A stretch of 64,000 bases of DNA from Bacteroidota bacterium (GTDB lineage Bacteria > Bacteroidota > Ignavibacteria > UBA10030 > UBA6906): the NCBI GenBank assembly GCA_046160825.1, contig JBJXHC010000051.1, forward strand, positions 4,487 through 68,486, written 5' to 3'. Each line of letters opens with the position of its first letter. The first letter of the stretch is position 1. Below the pieces are notes generated by a model that was not told the DNA's origin, ran no database searches, and was given only the letters and a program-made list of their open reading frames with translations. Below, one piece after another: positions 26,713-37,172 of the stretch. Position numbers and translations under genes: made by a program.

Positions 26713-27532
26713 GACTGTCCTTTAATGATGTAGAACGATCGTGAGACTTGGTCTTCTTGATCCCATCCCCGCCGTGGTTCCAGCGGACGACCACCTGGTC
26801 CTCAAAGCGAAGATCGACGTATTGTAATTCCGAGGCACCATGTTGCGATACAAATTCCGTCCAGAAGGCGTCGAACTTCGCCATCTTGCGGATGATGTCG
26901 CCTTTCCCCACCATCACCGGCACACCCAACTCCGCCGTGTAAAGAACGATGTCGCCGCTTGTTTCCCGGTGTACTTCCGAGATGCGATGATAGAGTTCCT
27001 CATTCATTTCCTTTGCAAGGAACAACAGCGCGAGTGCTTCACGAATTTGTGGATTGGTCGTCTGCTTTCCCGGCACCAGTGCGCTGTTCTTCGGCCAGCC
27101 CGTCAGCACGGGGAGATCGAACATATGTTCCGAACCCGTCGGGGGAAGAACGAATCCCTCGCTATCAAGGTACAGCATCTGTTCGCCGATCACGATGGCA
27201 ACCGGTACACGTTCCACCACGCTGATGCAAATGCGGTTCGGTACATCCCGCGTCACCGCTGCTTCGCTGACGAAACTATTCTTCTCGATCCGCGTGCGAG
27301 CCGTGTATAAATCAACATCAAAAAGTTTTTGGTTTATATCGATTCCCGCAAGCGTTTTGACTTCCTTTTCGGTCAGAATCTTGTTGCCTTCCACTCCCAC
27401 GTCAAGTATGCGGAGATCGCTTTTCCACATGTTTGCCCGGAGAGCAACCGCAAGAATCCCGACGACGAGCAGCAACAGAAGCGCCGTCGTAAGTCGTCCC
27501 GATTTTCTTTCTGTTGTGTTCGGTTCGGGCAT
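26705..27532 (-). CDS. ftsQ: cell division protein FtsQ/DivIB (POTRA domain)
   Basis: 275 aa; short cytoplasmic N-terminus, single TM, POTRA-like region; position between murC and ftsA; overlaps ftsA start by 8 bp. Confidence 0.8.
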   Translation of the reverse strand: MPEPNTTERKSGRLTTALLLLLVVGILAVALRANMWKSDLRILDVGVEGNKILTEKEVKTLAGIDINQKLFDVDLYTARTRIEKNSFVSEAAVTRDVPNRICISVVERVPVAIVIGEQMLYLDSEGFVLPPTGSEHMFDLPVLTGWPKNSALVPGKQTTNPQIREALALLFLAKEMNEELYHRISEVHRETSGDIVLYTAELGVPVMVGKGDIIRKMAKFDAFWTEFVSQHGASELQYVDLRFEDQVVVRWNHGGDGIKKTKSHDRSTSLKDSHG

Positions 27533-27535
27533 CGA

Positions 27536-28918
27536 TCAGCTCTTCGCCTTCAGTTGTTTGATAAAGTCCTCACCGAACCTCCAGATATCTCCCGCCCCCA
27601 TCGTGATGATGATGTCTCCTTTCAGCTTCATCTCCATCAGGAATGACGGCACCTGTTTTTTATCGGGAATGTAATGCACTTGTTTGTGCCCGAATTCCTT
27701 CGCCGCGTTCGCAATCAGTTCACCGTTGATTCCCTGGATTGGTTCTTCGCGTGCAGGATACACGTCCGTCAGTACAAGCACGTCGGCATTGAAGAACGAA
27801 CGACCGAACTCTTCATAAAAATCCCGTGTGCGTGAGTACAGGTGTGGTTGAAACACACACACAACACGCCGCCGCCAACCGGCCTTTGCCCCCGCGAGCG
27901 TCGCCCTGATTTCTGTCGGATGGTGTGCATAGTCGTCCACCACCGTGATGCCTCCGACTTCCGCTTTCACTTCCCACCGACGGAAAACGCCGGTGAACTT
28001 CTCCACGCCGGCCTTCACTTTATCGAATGGCACCCCAAGCTCCAGACCCACGGCAATTGCAGCAAGCGCATTCTGCACATTGTGCCTTCCGGGGATCTGC
28101 AACTCGACCTCTCCGAGATCTTTTCCATTCCTGACGACGAGAAATGTTGTCTTGTTCTGTTTATGAACAAGATCAACGGCCTGCAGGTCGGCTTGACCAT
28201 TCAGTCCGTAGGTGATGATTTTTTTCTTGATGCGCGGCATGATGTCCTGCAGTGCCGGTTCATCGAGACAGAGCACCACAAAGCCGTAGAATGGAACCTT
28301 CGCCGCAAACTGTATGAATGCACCCTTGATGTCTTCAAGATCTCTATAGCAATCGAGATGATCCGTCTCCAATGTCGTCAACACCGCGATCGTCGGTGTG
28401 ATGGAAAGAAACGAGCGATCAAACTCATCGGCTTCAACGACAATGAAATCCCCTTTGCCGAGACGTGCATTGGAGCCTGCAAGACCGTGCAGCCGTCCGC
28501 CAACGATCACTGTCGGATCGACTCCTCCCTCCATCAACACCAGACTGATGATGGAAGTGGTGGTCGTTTTGCCGTGTGTACCTGCGACGCCGATGCCGTA
28601 TTTCAAACGCATCACCTCGGCCAGCATCTCCGCCCGACGGATCACCGGTATCTTCCGCTTGTGCGCTTCAACCAGTTCGGGGTTGTCGGGAGGAACAGCA
28701 GAAGAATAGACGACCGCGTCCACGTCGGGCTCGAGATTCTTCCCGTCGTGGCCGAGATATACTTTGGCACCCAGTTCCTCGAGTTTCTCCGTGTTGTCGC
28801 TCGCCGCGCGGTCTGAACCGGTCACTCGGAATTTTTGGTCCAGCAGAATCTCGGCAATGCCGCTCATGCCGATGCCGCCGATTCCCACAAAATGTAATTT
28901 CTTAATTGATGAAAACAT
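27536..28918 (-). CDS. murC: UDP-N-acetylmuramate--L-alanine ligase
   Basis: 460 aa; Mur ligase N-terminal GIGGIGMSGIA and central GTHGKTTTTS motifs. Confidence 0.95.
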   Translation of the reverse strand: MFSSIKKLHFVGIGGIGMSGIAEILLDQKFRVTGSDRAASDNTEKLEELGAKVYLGHDGKNLEPDVDAVVYSSAVPPDNPELVEAHKRKIPVIRRAEMLAEVMRLKYGIGVAGTHGKTTTTSIISLVLMEGGVDPTVIVGGRLHGLAGSNARLGKGDFIVVEADEFDRSFLSITPTIAVLTTLETDHLDCYRDLEDIKGAFIQFAAKVPFYGFVVLCLDEPALQDIMPRIKKKIITYGLNGQADLQAVDLVHKQNKTTFLVVRNGKDLGEVELQIPGRHNVQNALAAIAVGLELGVPFDKVKAGVEKFTGVFRRWEVKAEVGGITVVDDYAHHPTEIRATLAGAKAGWRRRVVCVFQPHLYSRTRDFYEEFGRSFFNADVLVLTDVYPAREEPIQGINGELIANAAKEFGHKQVHYIPDKKQVPSFLMEMKLKGDIIITMGAGDIWRFGEDFIKQLKAKS

Positions 28919-28927
28919 GTCCGTCCA

Positions 28928-29434
28928 TCACCTGTCTGTAAACTTTGGTCTCTGCCATCTGCGTTGCGTACGTTTCGGAACCTGTGCTGCAATCCTGTTC
29001 ATTTCCTGAACAAGTTCCCGGTCCCGCTCATAGCGACCGATCCGGATCCTGAGCAAGCGGCGGCGTTTTTTCAACTTGAGAACGACCACCTGAAATCGTC
29101 CTCCTGTTTGAACACGCGCTTCCCGACCCACGTGCATCCATTCGATGTCACCGATACGGATGCTGCGCTCATGGAAACGGTTGACGAATTGGATTCCGCC
29201 TTCCGTGATCACCAGCCGGCGACGCCGAATCAAGTTCAACACCAGCGCAACAATCGACATCACCACAAAGAAAACGATCACATACATCAACGGATCATTC
29301 AGCACATACTCGAACTTTGCCTCGACGAAGTTCCCGCGAATACCGCCGTATAATATTAATGTGAAGAGATACAGCAGTACCGATTGATAATAAAAGTCGA
29401 GCTTGTATTTGAAAACTTTCCCGTCGTCGGTCAT
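28928..29434 (-). CDS. small two-TM membrane protein with a basic C-terminal soluble domain (possibly bacterial PH-like), inserted between murG and murC
   Basis: 168 aa. Two hydrophobic helices (res ~18-38, 50-70), then an R/K-rich ~95-aa domain. Its start ATG overlaps the murG stop (ATGA, 29431-29434), suggesting translational coupling. Confidence 0.5.
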   Translation of the reverse strand: MTDDGKVFKYKLDFYYQSVLLYLFTLILYGGIRGNFVEAKFEYVLNDPLMYVIVFFVVMSIVALVLNLIRRRRLVITEGGIQFVNRFHERSIRIGDIEWMHVGREARVQTGGRFQVVVLKLKKRRRLLRIRIGRYERDRELVQEMNRIAAQVPKRTQRRWQRPKFTDR

Positions 29435-30537
29435 GATGTTGTGGCGAGAGTAATCACCGCTTGCGCTAATGCCGGCGCCGCTCCGGGCTTACCCATCGCC
29501 TTTGCCTTTTCTGCCATACCGTTGCGCCGCTCCGGGTTGCCAAGTAACTCCTGTATCGTACCGGGCAGCCGCGTCGCAAGCTCGTCATCCTTGATCATCA
29601 CAGACGCCCCAAACTCCACCATCGCCCGGGCATTTTCCGTTTGATGATCCGCCGCCGCGTGGGGATACGGGACAAGAATCGACGGTACTCCGGCACGAGC
29701 AATCTCCGCGACCGACGTGGCTCCTGCCCGTGAGACGATCAGATCGCACACTGCGTACGCGTGCTGCATTTGATCGATGAATTTGTAGAGTCGCACATCC
29801 GGATAGCCGTCTCCAAGACGCTGTTTCACCCTGTCAAAATCCGACTCACCGGTTTGCCATATCATCTGCACATGATCCCCTGCAACCTTGTCGACAATAG
29901 CCAATATCGCATCGTTGATGGATCGAGCTCCCAGACTTCCACCGAAAACCAAAAGTGTCGGTTTCTGTGGATCAACATTGAAAAACTTCGCACTCTCAAG
30001 CCGCGTGACGGTGCCCAGCGTTGCACGTGTCGGGTTGCCGGTCACTTTCACGTTGTCAGTCCGTTTCAGATAACGCAGCGAACTCTCGAACGTGACGTGA
30101 ACTTCTGTTGCCCATCCCGCCAAAAGCCGGGTTGTCACACCGGGATAACTGTTCTGCTCCTGGATCAATGTTGGAATCCCGAGCAACGATGCTGCAAAAA
30201 TCACCGGACCGCAGACGTAGCCTCCCGTCCCCACGACAACAGCCGGCCTGATCTTGAGTATGAGAATGAACGACTGCATCAACGCGACGATGGTCTTCAA
30301 CGGAAAGAGCAGATTGTCCGCTGAAAGTCTTCGCCTGAAACCGCTAATCCATATCGGTGCAAACGCGTATCCGCGCTGTGGGACGACGCGTGCTTCGATT
30401 TTGTTTCTTGTTCCAACGAATGTGATTTCCGCATCCGGCCGGATTTTCTTAATCTCATCTGCAATGGCAATTCCCGGAAAGAGATGGCCACCGGTTCCAC
30501 CTCCCGCGAAGAGTATGCGAAATCGTTTCGACTGCAC
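29431..30537 (-). CDS. murG: undecaprenyldiphospho-muramoylpentapeptide beta-N-acetylglucosaminyltransferase
   Basis: FAGGGTGGHLFPGIAIA motif. The longest ORF extends to 30609 (overlapping ftsW by 70 bp); the in-frame GTG at 30537, 1 bp after the ftsW stop, gives the canonical N-terminus. Confidence 0.85.
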   Translation of the reverse strand: MQSKRFRILFAGGGTGGHLFPGIAIADEIKKIRPDAEITFVGTRNKIEARVVPQRGYAFAPIWISGFRRRLSADNLLFPLKTIVALMQSFILILKIRPAVVVGTGGYVCGPVIFAASLLGIPTLIQEQNSYPGVTTRLLAGWATEVHVTFESSLRYLKRTDNVKVTGNPTRATLGTVTRLESAKFFNVDPQKPTLLVFGGSLGARSINDAILAIVDKVAGDHVQMIWQTGESDFDRVKQRLGDGYPDVRLYKFIDQMQHAYAVCDLIVSRAGATSVAEIARAGVPSILVPYPHAAADHQTENARAMVEFGASVMIKDDELATRLPGTIQELLGNPERRNGMAEKAKAMGKPGAAPALAQAVITLATTS

Positions 30538-30538
30538 A

Positions 30539-31714
30539 TTAATACACCTTTCCGACAGCAGGGGTTTGCGTCGGCTCAAGTGGCCGCACACCATCCGGAG
30601 CCTGCACAAGCCGCGGATACATGTCGGTCTGAGATGAAATATTCAGCAGAACCCCGAGCGCAACCGACGAAAACAACATGGACGATCCGCCATAACTCAC
30701 AAAGGGCATGGGAAGTCCGGTTGTGGGCAGAATTCCAAGTGTGACTCCTGCGTTCACGAGCGCGTAGAGTGTGATTGCGGACGTAATGCCGACGGCAAGA
30801 TACCTGCCGAAATCATCACGGGCATATCGAGCGATCCGCATGCCGCGCAGCATGATCGTCAGGAAAATGAGCGTGATGACTATGGTGCCGATCAAACCGT
30901 ACTCCTCTCCGATGATGGAGAAGACAAAGTCCCCGTACGACTCCGGCAGAAAAAAATCACGTTGCCTGCTCTCGCCCGGGCCGAGGCCGAAGATACCTCC
31001 GTTGCCAAACCCGATGATTCCCTGGTGGAGCTGATAATTTCCCGGCGAACTCGAATCGCCTCCGCCACCCAGATAACTCATGATGCGTCGCATACGATAC
31101 TCTGCGCTCAGCATATAGCCGATGAGGAGCGGAAGAAGCGCGACGAAAGTCAATCCTATGTGCGATAGTTTCGCACGACCAATAAACAGCATCACCAGGC
31201 TGATCATGAAAATCATTGCACCGTTGCTGAAGTTCGGTTGCAGCAGCACAAGCAATGTTACCGTTCCAATCCAGATCAATGTCGGGATGAAGCCGGTTTT
31301 GAAGTCTCTGATCCGATCCTTCTTTTCCGTGAACAGAGTGCAGAGATGGAAGATCAGAGCATACTTTGCCAGTTCAGATGGCTGCAAACCGAATCCGCCG
31401 AGACGGAGCCAACGCGCAGCTCCCTTCACTTCCCCCCCCAACACAAGCGTGACCAGCAACAATCCTATGGAGGCAATCAGTAAGAGCTTCGTGAGCTTTT
31501 TGTATTTCTTGTAGTCGATATTCATGAACACGAAAATTGCCGCGAAGCCCATAAGCACCTTGACGGCATGACTGCCCAGCAGCTTCTCACTCGCACCAAA
31601 TTTTTCGAAAGCCCAGGTCGAGCTGGCACTGTACACCACGCCAAGGCTGAGTACCATCAGCACAAGAACACTCACGAGTATGGACAAGTCGATATGGTTG
31701 CGCTGGGTCTTCAT
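30539..31714 (-). CDS. ftsW: lipid II flippase/peptidoglycan polymerase FtsW (SEDS family)
   Basis: 391 aa; 10 TM helices, SEDS-family motifs; position between murD and murG. Confidence 0.9.
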   Translation of the reverse strand: MKTQRNHIDLSILVSVLVLMVLSLGVVYSASSTWAFEKFGASEKLLGSHAVKVLMGFAAIFVFMNIDYKKYKKLTKLLLIASIGLLLVTLVLGGEVKGAARWLRLGGFGLQPSELAKYALIFHLCTLFTEKKDRIRDFKTGFIPTLIWIGTVTLLVLLQPNFSNGAMIFMISLVMLFIGRAKLSHIGLTFVALLPLLIGYMLSAEYRMRRIMSYLGGGGDSSSPGNYQLHQGIIGFGNGGIFGLGPGESRQRDFFLPESYGDFVFSIIGEEYGLIGTIVITLIFLTIMLRGMRIARYARDDFGRYLAVGITSAITLYALVNAGVTLGILPTTGLPMPFVSYGGSSMLFSSVALGVLLNISSQTDMYPRLVQAPDGVRPLEPTQTPAVGKVY

Positions 31715-31717
31715 GTT

Positions 31718-33082
31718 CTACAATGCCATCACGATTTCTTTGAATACCCTGCCGCGGTGTTCATAATTATCGAACCAATCAAACGACGCGCACGCCGGCG
31801 AGAGCAACACGATATCACCCTTTGTAGCCAGGGCTCCCGCCATCTGCACGGCATCATTCATCGAGCCTGCTTTCTTCAATGGCACGATATCACGAAAAGC
31901 ACTTTCCACTTTCTCCGCTGACTCTCCAATGGCAACTATCGCACGGGCGTTTTTCTTCACAAGGTCTGTCAGTCGTGAATAATCATTTCCCTTATCGCGC
32001 CCGCCGAGCAACACAACCAGTGGCTTGTCAAAGCTCTGCAGTGCATACCAGACAGAATCCACGTTGGTCGCCTTGGAGTCATTGACGTAAGTTACACCGT
32101 TGACCTCCCGGACAAATTCCAGGCGATGTTCGACACCTTTGAAGTTCCGGAGTGTCGAGCGCAGCGACGCGGTCGAGATATTCAGTGCTCGCGCTGCAAG
32201 TGTTGCGGCCATGGCGTTGTAGAGATTATGGACTCCGCGAATACTGATGTCGTCCTTCCCGATAATTTCAACGTCTGCACCGCCAACCCGAACCCTCACG
32301 TGGTCATCGTCGAGATATCCTCCCTGCTCCACACGATGTTGAACGCTGAACGGCAGCTTCATCACTTGCGGGTGAATGTGTTTCTCGACGAGTGACCGGG
32401 TGACCTCATCGTCGTCATTGTACACCACAACGTCCCCGCTCCGTTGGTTCTCGAACACACGGCACTTCGAAGCCGCGTACTTCTCAAATGAATGCTCGTA
32501 CCGGTCAAGATGGTCGGGTGTAATATTCAAAATCACAGATACCTTCGGTTTGAACGTCTCGATATGATCGAGCTGGAAACTACTGATCTCTAATATTGCT
32601 GTCGCCTCTGCGCCCAATTCTCCGACAACCTGCGAGAACGCCGTTCCGATGTTTCCTGCCACCGCATATTGCCTTCTCGCATCATGGAACATTCTTCCCA
32701 GCAACGTCGTGGTTGTTGTCTTCCCGTTTGTCCCCGTCACGGCTATCATGGGAGCCGGGCAAAACCAGCTCGCCGCTTCTATCTCACTTACCACTTTCAG
32801 CCCGCGCGCCAAAGCTTCCTTCACTATTGGAATGCCGGACGGAACCCCCGGACTCAGCACAAGTACTTCGGCCTCCAGCACCCTGGAGGAATTTACACCG
32901 AACTCTGTCGCAATGTCGGCGTTCTCCAGTTCCTTTCGCACAGAGAGCATCTTGTCCAATGGTGCAACGTCACTCAGGAATACCGTTGCTCCGTTCGCTC
33001 TCAGAAGTTTGGCGACCGCAATGCCGCTGCGCGCTCCGCCGATAACGCTGAACCTCTTCCCCTGTATGTGCGCCGCATCCAA
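31718..33082 (-). CDS. murD: UDP-N-acetylmuramoylalanine--D-glutamate ligase
   Basis: 454 aa; Mur ligase GTNGKTTTT motif, N-terminal Rossmann GGARSGIA. Confidence 0.95.
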   Translation of the reverse strand: MDAAHIQGKRFSVIGGARSGIAVAKLLRANGATVFLSDVAPLDKMLSVRKELENADIATEFGVNSSRVLEAEVLVLSPGVPSGIPIVKEALARGLKVVSEIEAASWFCPAPMIAVTGTNGKTTTTTLLGRMFHDARRQYAVAGNIGTAFSQVVGELGAEATAILEISSFQLDHIETFKPKVSVILNITPDHLDRYEHSFEKYAASKCRVFENQRSGDVVVYNDDDEVTRSLVEKHIHPQVMKLPFSVQHRVEQGGYLDDDHVRVRVGGADVEIIGKDDISIRGVHNLYNAMAATLAARALNISTASLRSTLRNFKGVEHRLEFVREVNGVTYVNDSKATNVDSVWYALQSFDKPLVVLLGGRDKGNDYSRLTDLVKKNARAIVAIGESAEKVESAFRDIVPLKKAGSMNDAVQMAGALATKGDIVLLSPACASFDWFDNYEHRGRVFKEIVMAL

Positions 33083-33088
33083 ACAGGA

Positions 33089-34213
33089 CTATCTCACCTT
33101 GAATGTTGCAAGACTCACGATCATCAACAGCACGGCGATGATATAAAACCGTGTGACGATCTTGGGTTCCGGCCAGCCAAGCAACTCGAAGTGATGATGG
33201 AGCGGTGCCATCTTGAATATCCTCCGCCCCTCACCGTATTTCTTCCTCGTATACTTGAAATACAGCCGCTGAATAATCACCGACATCGTCTCGGCAAGAA
33301 ATACCCCGCCGAGCGTGGGAAGCAAGAGCTCTTTCTTAATAAGAACGCAGAGCGCGCCTATTGCCCCGCCCAACGCCAACGATCCCGTGTCTCCCATAAA
33401 CACCTGTGCCGGATACGCGTTGTACCAAAGGAAGCCCAGAGCCGCACCGATGAGGGCCGCGCAGAAAATTGCCAGCTCACCGTTCCCCCGCAAATACGGA
33501 ATTGTCAGGTACTCGCTGAGCAACACATTCCCGGAAATGTAACTCATGATGCCGAGTGCGAGTCCGACAATACCGACCGTGCCGATGGCAAGACCGTCGA
33601 GACCGTCCGTGAGGTTCACGGCATTCGACGTCGCCGTAATCATGAACACCACCATCGGGATGTAGAGATAGCCAAAATCGAATTCCCTGTTCTTGAAAAA
33701 CGGTACCGTCGTCGATGTATTGATCTTCCAGAGATCCGGATCAATAAGGTGGGGGGCGAAATAGATTACCCCACCGACCACCAACCCCACAAACACCTGA
33801 CCCACTATCTTGTATCGTCCGATCAGTCCTTTGGGTTTCTTCTTTACCACCTTCAGATAGTCATCGAGAAATCCAACCGCCCCTAGACATGCCGTGACGA
33901 AAATGATCAACACGACGTACACATTGCCGATGTTCGCCCACAGAATGGTTGGGATCAGAATCGATGCAAGCACGATCAACCCTCCCATCGTCGGCGTGCC
34001 GGCTTTTGTCAGATGTGTCTTCGGAGCCTCAAGCTTCGCCGCTTCGCCAATCTGGTGTTCACGCAGCTTCCGGATGATCTTCGGGCCAAGCCAGAACGCA
34101 ATCACCAACGCCGTCACCGCCGCTGCCGCGGCACGGAACGTGAGAAACCGGATCAACCCGAAACCGGGCGGATGATAGGTTTTCTCGATAAAATCAAGCA
34201 GGTAATACAGCAT
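33089..34213 (-). CDS. mraY: phospho-N-acetylmuramoyl-pentapeptide transferase
   Basis: 374 aa; polytopic, conserved MraY motifs (NAVNLTDGLDGLA, GDTGSLALGG). Confidence 0.95.
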   Translation of the reverse strand: MLYYLLDFIEKTYHPPGFGLIRFLTFRAAAAAVTALVIAFWLGPKIIRKLREHQIGEAAKLEAPKTHLTKAGTPTMGGLIVLASILIPTILWANIGNVYVVLIIFVTACLGAVGFLDDYLKVVKKKPKGLIGRYKIVGQVFVGLVVGGVIYFAPHLIDPDLWKINTSTTVPFFKNREFDFGYLYIPMVVFMITATSNAVNLTDGLDGLAIGTVGIVGLALGIMSYISGNVLLSEYLTIPYLRGNGELAIFCAALIGAALGFLWYNAYPAQVFMGDTGSLALGGAIGALCVLIKKELLLPTLGGVFLAETMSVIIQRLYFKYTRKKYGEGRRIFKMAPLHHHFELLGWPEPKIVTRFYIIAVLLMIVSLATFKVR

Positions 34214-34231
34214 AATCCTCTGACAGCGTTA

Positions 34232-35644
34232 TCAGCCAAACGGCACAATGGCGGACCGGAGTCGTTCCTCAAGGAACGTCACGATATCCTCCATTTTCAT
34301 TCCGCGTGAACCTTTGATAAGTACAGCATCTCCCGGGGCAATAAGCTCCGTGAGATACTCTGCAAGTATGTTCTTTTGATCGTAATGCACTGACAATGAA
34401 ATGCCGGCTGCGTCATGAATGTGCTTCGCGAGCGTGCCATATGTCAGTAAGTATTCGATGTTCAATGCCCTGGCTTCTTCGCCGACGCGTCCGTGTTCTG
34501 TTGGGCCGGCCTCGCCCAGCTCTCGCATATCGGCCAGCACCGCAATCTTCTTTCCTGTCGTTTTCGTCGACGCAAGTGTCCGGAGTGCCGCAATTGTCGA
34601 GTCCGGGTTCGCGTTGTACGTGTCATTGAAGATAATCACGCCGCCGAGGTTCAAGACTTCCATACGTTTACCGGAGGGCTTGAATATCTCCAGCGCCTTG
34701 CGAATTTTCTTCGATGGCACCTTGAACGCGAGTCCGACTGCGGCGGCGGAGAGCGCATTCGACGCGTTGTGCGCACCGGGAATGCTGAGCTGGATCCGCT
34801 CGGGTTTCTTCATCTTCCCGCCGGAGAATTGCAATGATGCACATCCGGTGTCGTCGGTTGCGATGTGTTTACCCCTTACATCAACACGCTTCGCGGCAAG
34901 ACCGTAGGTCGTCCGGCGCTTTACCTTCTTCCCCATTTGCACCAACCACGGGTCGTCTGCGTTGATGATTGCCGTTCCCATTTTCCGTGTTGCAAGAAAC
35001 TCAAACAGCTTCCCTTCCTCTTCAGCAACACCGTCGAGTGATTTGAAGAATTCGAGATGCTCACGGCCGATGTTGGTGATCAGCCCGTGCGTCGGTTCGA
35101 GAATGCGCAGAAGATATTCCAGTTCTCCCGGATGGTTCGTACCTATTTCGACCACCGCGATTTCATGCTTCTTCTCAAGACGGAAAATCGTTTGCGGCAC
35201 ACCAATATGGTTGTTGAGATTTCCCCGGGTGCTCAGTACTTCATATTGCGATGCGAGCACCTGTGCCACCATTTCTTTCGTCGTTGTTTTGCCGTTGCTT
35301 CCGCCGACTGCAAGAATGGGAATGTCGAACTTCCTCCGGTAGAGCAACGCAAGCTCACCCAATGCGTGGTTGGTATTCTCGACAAGCAGAAGTGCTTTTT
35401 CTCCCCACTTCGTCGCATGCGCAAAGGAAGCTGAGACGACCGCGGCGATTGCCCCCTTTGCAAAGGCGTCCGCTACAAACTTGTGCCCGTCATAGTTGTC
35501 GCCAATCAGTGCAACGAAAATCTCACCGGCGTTGGTCGTCCGCGAATCGGTGGATACTCCCGTGATCCTCTTGCCCTTAAGCAGGTCGCGACCCTTGAAC
35601 TCAAAGTGCTTAACCTGTAACAGATCCTTCGGGTGGAATTTCAT
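34232..35644 (-). CDS. murF: UDP-MurNAc-tripeptide--D-alanyl-D-alanine ligase
   Basis: 470 aa; Mur ligase GSNGKTTTKE motif; dcw position. Confidence 0.9.
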   Translation of the reverse strand: MKFHPKDLLQVKHFEFKGRDLLKGKRITGVSTDSRTTNAGEIFVALIGDNYDGHKFVADAFAKGAIAAVVSASFAHATKWGEKALLLVENTNHALGELALLYRRKFDIPILAVGGSNGKTTTKEMVAQVLASQYEVLSTRGNLNNHIGVPQTIFRLEKKHEIAVVEIGTNHPGELEYLLRILEPTHGLITNIGREHLEFFKSLDGVAEEEGKLFEFLATRKMGTAIINADDPWLVQMGKKVKRRTTYGLAAKRVDVRGKHIATDDTGCASLQFSGGKMKKPERIQLSIPGAHNASNALSAAAVGLAFKVPSKKIRKALEIFKPSGKRMEVLNLGGVIIFNDTYNANPDSTIAALRTLASTKTTGKKIAVLADMRELGEAGPTEHGRVGEEARALNIEYLLTYGTLAKHIHDAAGISLSVHYDQKNILAEYLTELIAPGDAVLIKGSRGMKMEDIVTFLEERLRSAIVPFG

Positions 35645-37149
35645 CCGTTCTCCCGGATGAACCGTTCTACTTCTTCCCGATCATCAAAGCGGTTTTTCGT
35701 CGTCCCGATGATCTGATACTCCTCGTGCCCCTTGCCCGCAATCAGCACCACATCATCCGCTCTGGCCATTTCCAACGCTTTGACGATTGCTTTGCGTCTG
35801 TCTTGCTCTGTATGAATAACAGCTCCCGGCTTGACGCCGCCGAGAACCTCGCGAATAATTGCCTCGGGATCTTCAGTCCGGGGGTTATCGGAGGTGACAA
35901 TGGTAATGTCGCTCATCGTACTTGCTATGGATCCCATCTTAGGTCTCTTGCCACGGTCCCTGTCACCGCCGCATCCGAACACCGTGATGATGCGGCCATC
36001 TTTGTCCGCAGGAAGAATCTCGCGGATTGCGCGGAGACAATTTTCCAGCGCATCGGGCGTGTGTGCATAATCCACAACCGCCGTCCAGCCTGCGGGAGAT
36101 ACGATCTGTTCAAACCGTCCGCGGACGGCGGATAGGTTTGCGATGCCTTTGATAATCTGTTCATCGGGGATTCCGAGAACGATACACGTGGCGTAGGCCG
36201 CAAGGATGTTCTGAACATTGAAACGGCCGATAAGTCGCGAATCAACCTGATGTCTCGTTCCCTTATACCGTACGTCAAACCTGGTCCCGCGAACACCGAG
36301 ATGAACATTCTCAGCAACGACATCTGCTACTCCGCCGAGACTGTAACTGATTGTCTGCGCACGCGTCCCTTCAATCATTTTCCTGCCGTAAGAATCGTCT
36401 GCGTTCGTTACCGCTCCGGCTGACTCGTTCAACGATTGAAACAGCATGTGTTTTGCGGTGAAGTATGATTCCATCGAACCATGAAAATCAAGGTGGTCTT
36501 GCGTCAGGTTCGTGAATGTCGCTGCGGCAAACGTCAACCCGTGGACACGATAAAGCGCGAGAGCATGCGAGGACACCTCCATGACTGTTGCGCTGCATCC
36601 TTTCTTCACCATCGTTGCGAGGAGCTGATTCAATTCCAACGACTCGGGGGTTGTGTGGGTTGACGGGAGTGTTTCCTCGCCAATCCTGTATTCAATGGTG
36701 CCGATGAGACCGGCAGTCTTCCCGCCTGTTTCTATAATGGATTTGATTAAACTTGTTGTCGTGGTCTTCCCGTTGGTCCCGGTAACCCCGATCAGTTGAA
36801 GCGCACGGCTTGGGTGCTTGTGGAAATTCGCCGACATAAGCGCCAGAGCCTTCCGCGCATCGGGAACAACGGCCTTCACCACCCCTGCATGCATGAACAG
36901 CGAATCCGGCAGGGCGGCATCATCCTCCATCACCACCACCTTCGCACCATTTCCGATGGCGTTCTGAATGTACCGATGCCCGTCATTGTTACCGCCGCGT
37001 ATGGCGACAAACATCTGGCCACGCTCCACGTTCCTCGAATCGTACTGAATCCCCGTCACTTCCACCTCGTGGGTCACCACCATCCTGCCGTACATTGTTT
37101 GAAACATCTTGCTGACGGTGACGCCCGCGAGCACTTCCGATAAGGTCAT
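35641..37149 (-). CDS. murE: UDP-MurNAc-L-Ala-D-Glu--2,6-diaminopimelate ligase
   Basis: 502 aa; GTNGKTTTTS, DNPR motif consistent with meso-DAP specificity. Confidence 0.95.
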   Translation of the reverse strand: MTLSEVLAGVTVSKMFQTMYGRMVVTHEVEVTGIQYDSRNVERGQMFVAIRGGNNDGHRYIQNAIGNGAKVVVMEDDAALPDSLFMHAGVVKAVVPDARKALALMSANFHKHPSRALQLIGVTGTNGKTTTTSLIKSIIETGGKTAGLIGTIEYRIGEETLPSTHTTPESLELNQLLATMVKKGCSATVMEVSSHALALYRVHGLTFAAATFTNLTQDHLDFHGSMESYFTAKHMLFQSLNESAGAVTNADDSYGRKMIEGTRAQTISYSLGGVADVVAENVHLGVRGTRFDVRYKGTRHQVDSRLIGRFNVQNILAAYATCIVLGIPDEQIIKGIANLSAVRGRFEQIVSPAGWTAVVDYAHTPDALENCLRAIREILPADKDGRIITVFGCGGDRDRGKRPKMGSIASTMSDITIVTSDNPRTEDPEAIIREVLGGVKPGAVIHTEQDRRKAIVKALEMARADDVVLIAGKGHEEYQIIGTTKNRFDDREEVERFIRENG

Positions 37150-37172
37150 TGAGTAGGGCGACTTCTCTTATG

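Noticed and set aside
27842-28816. 324-aa plus-strand ORF antisense to murC
   Set aside because: The sense strand encodes an unambiguous MurC. The antisense ORF has no motifs and fully overlaps it.
32669-33886. 405-aa plus-strand ORF spanning murD/mraY antisense
   Set aside because: It overlaps two conserved minus-strand genes and their junction, and the protein is low-complexity R/H/P-rich. It is an artefact.
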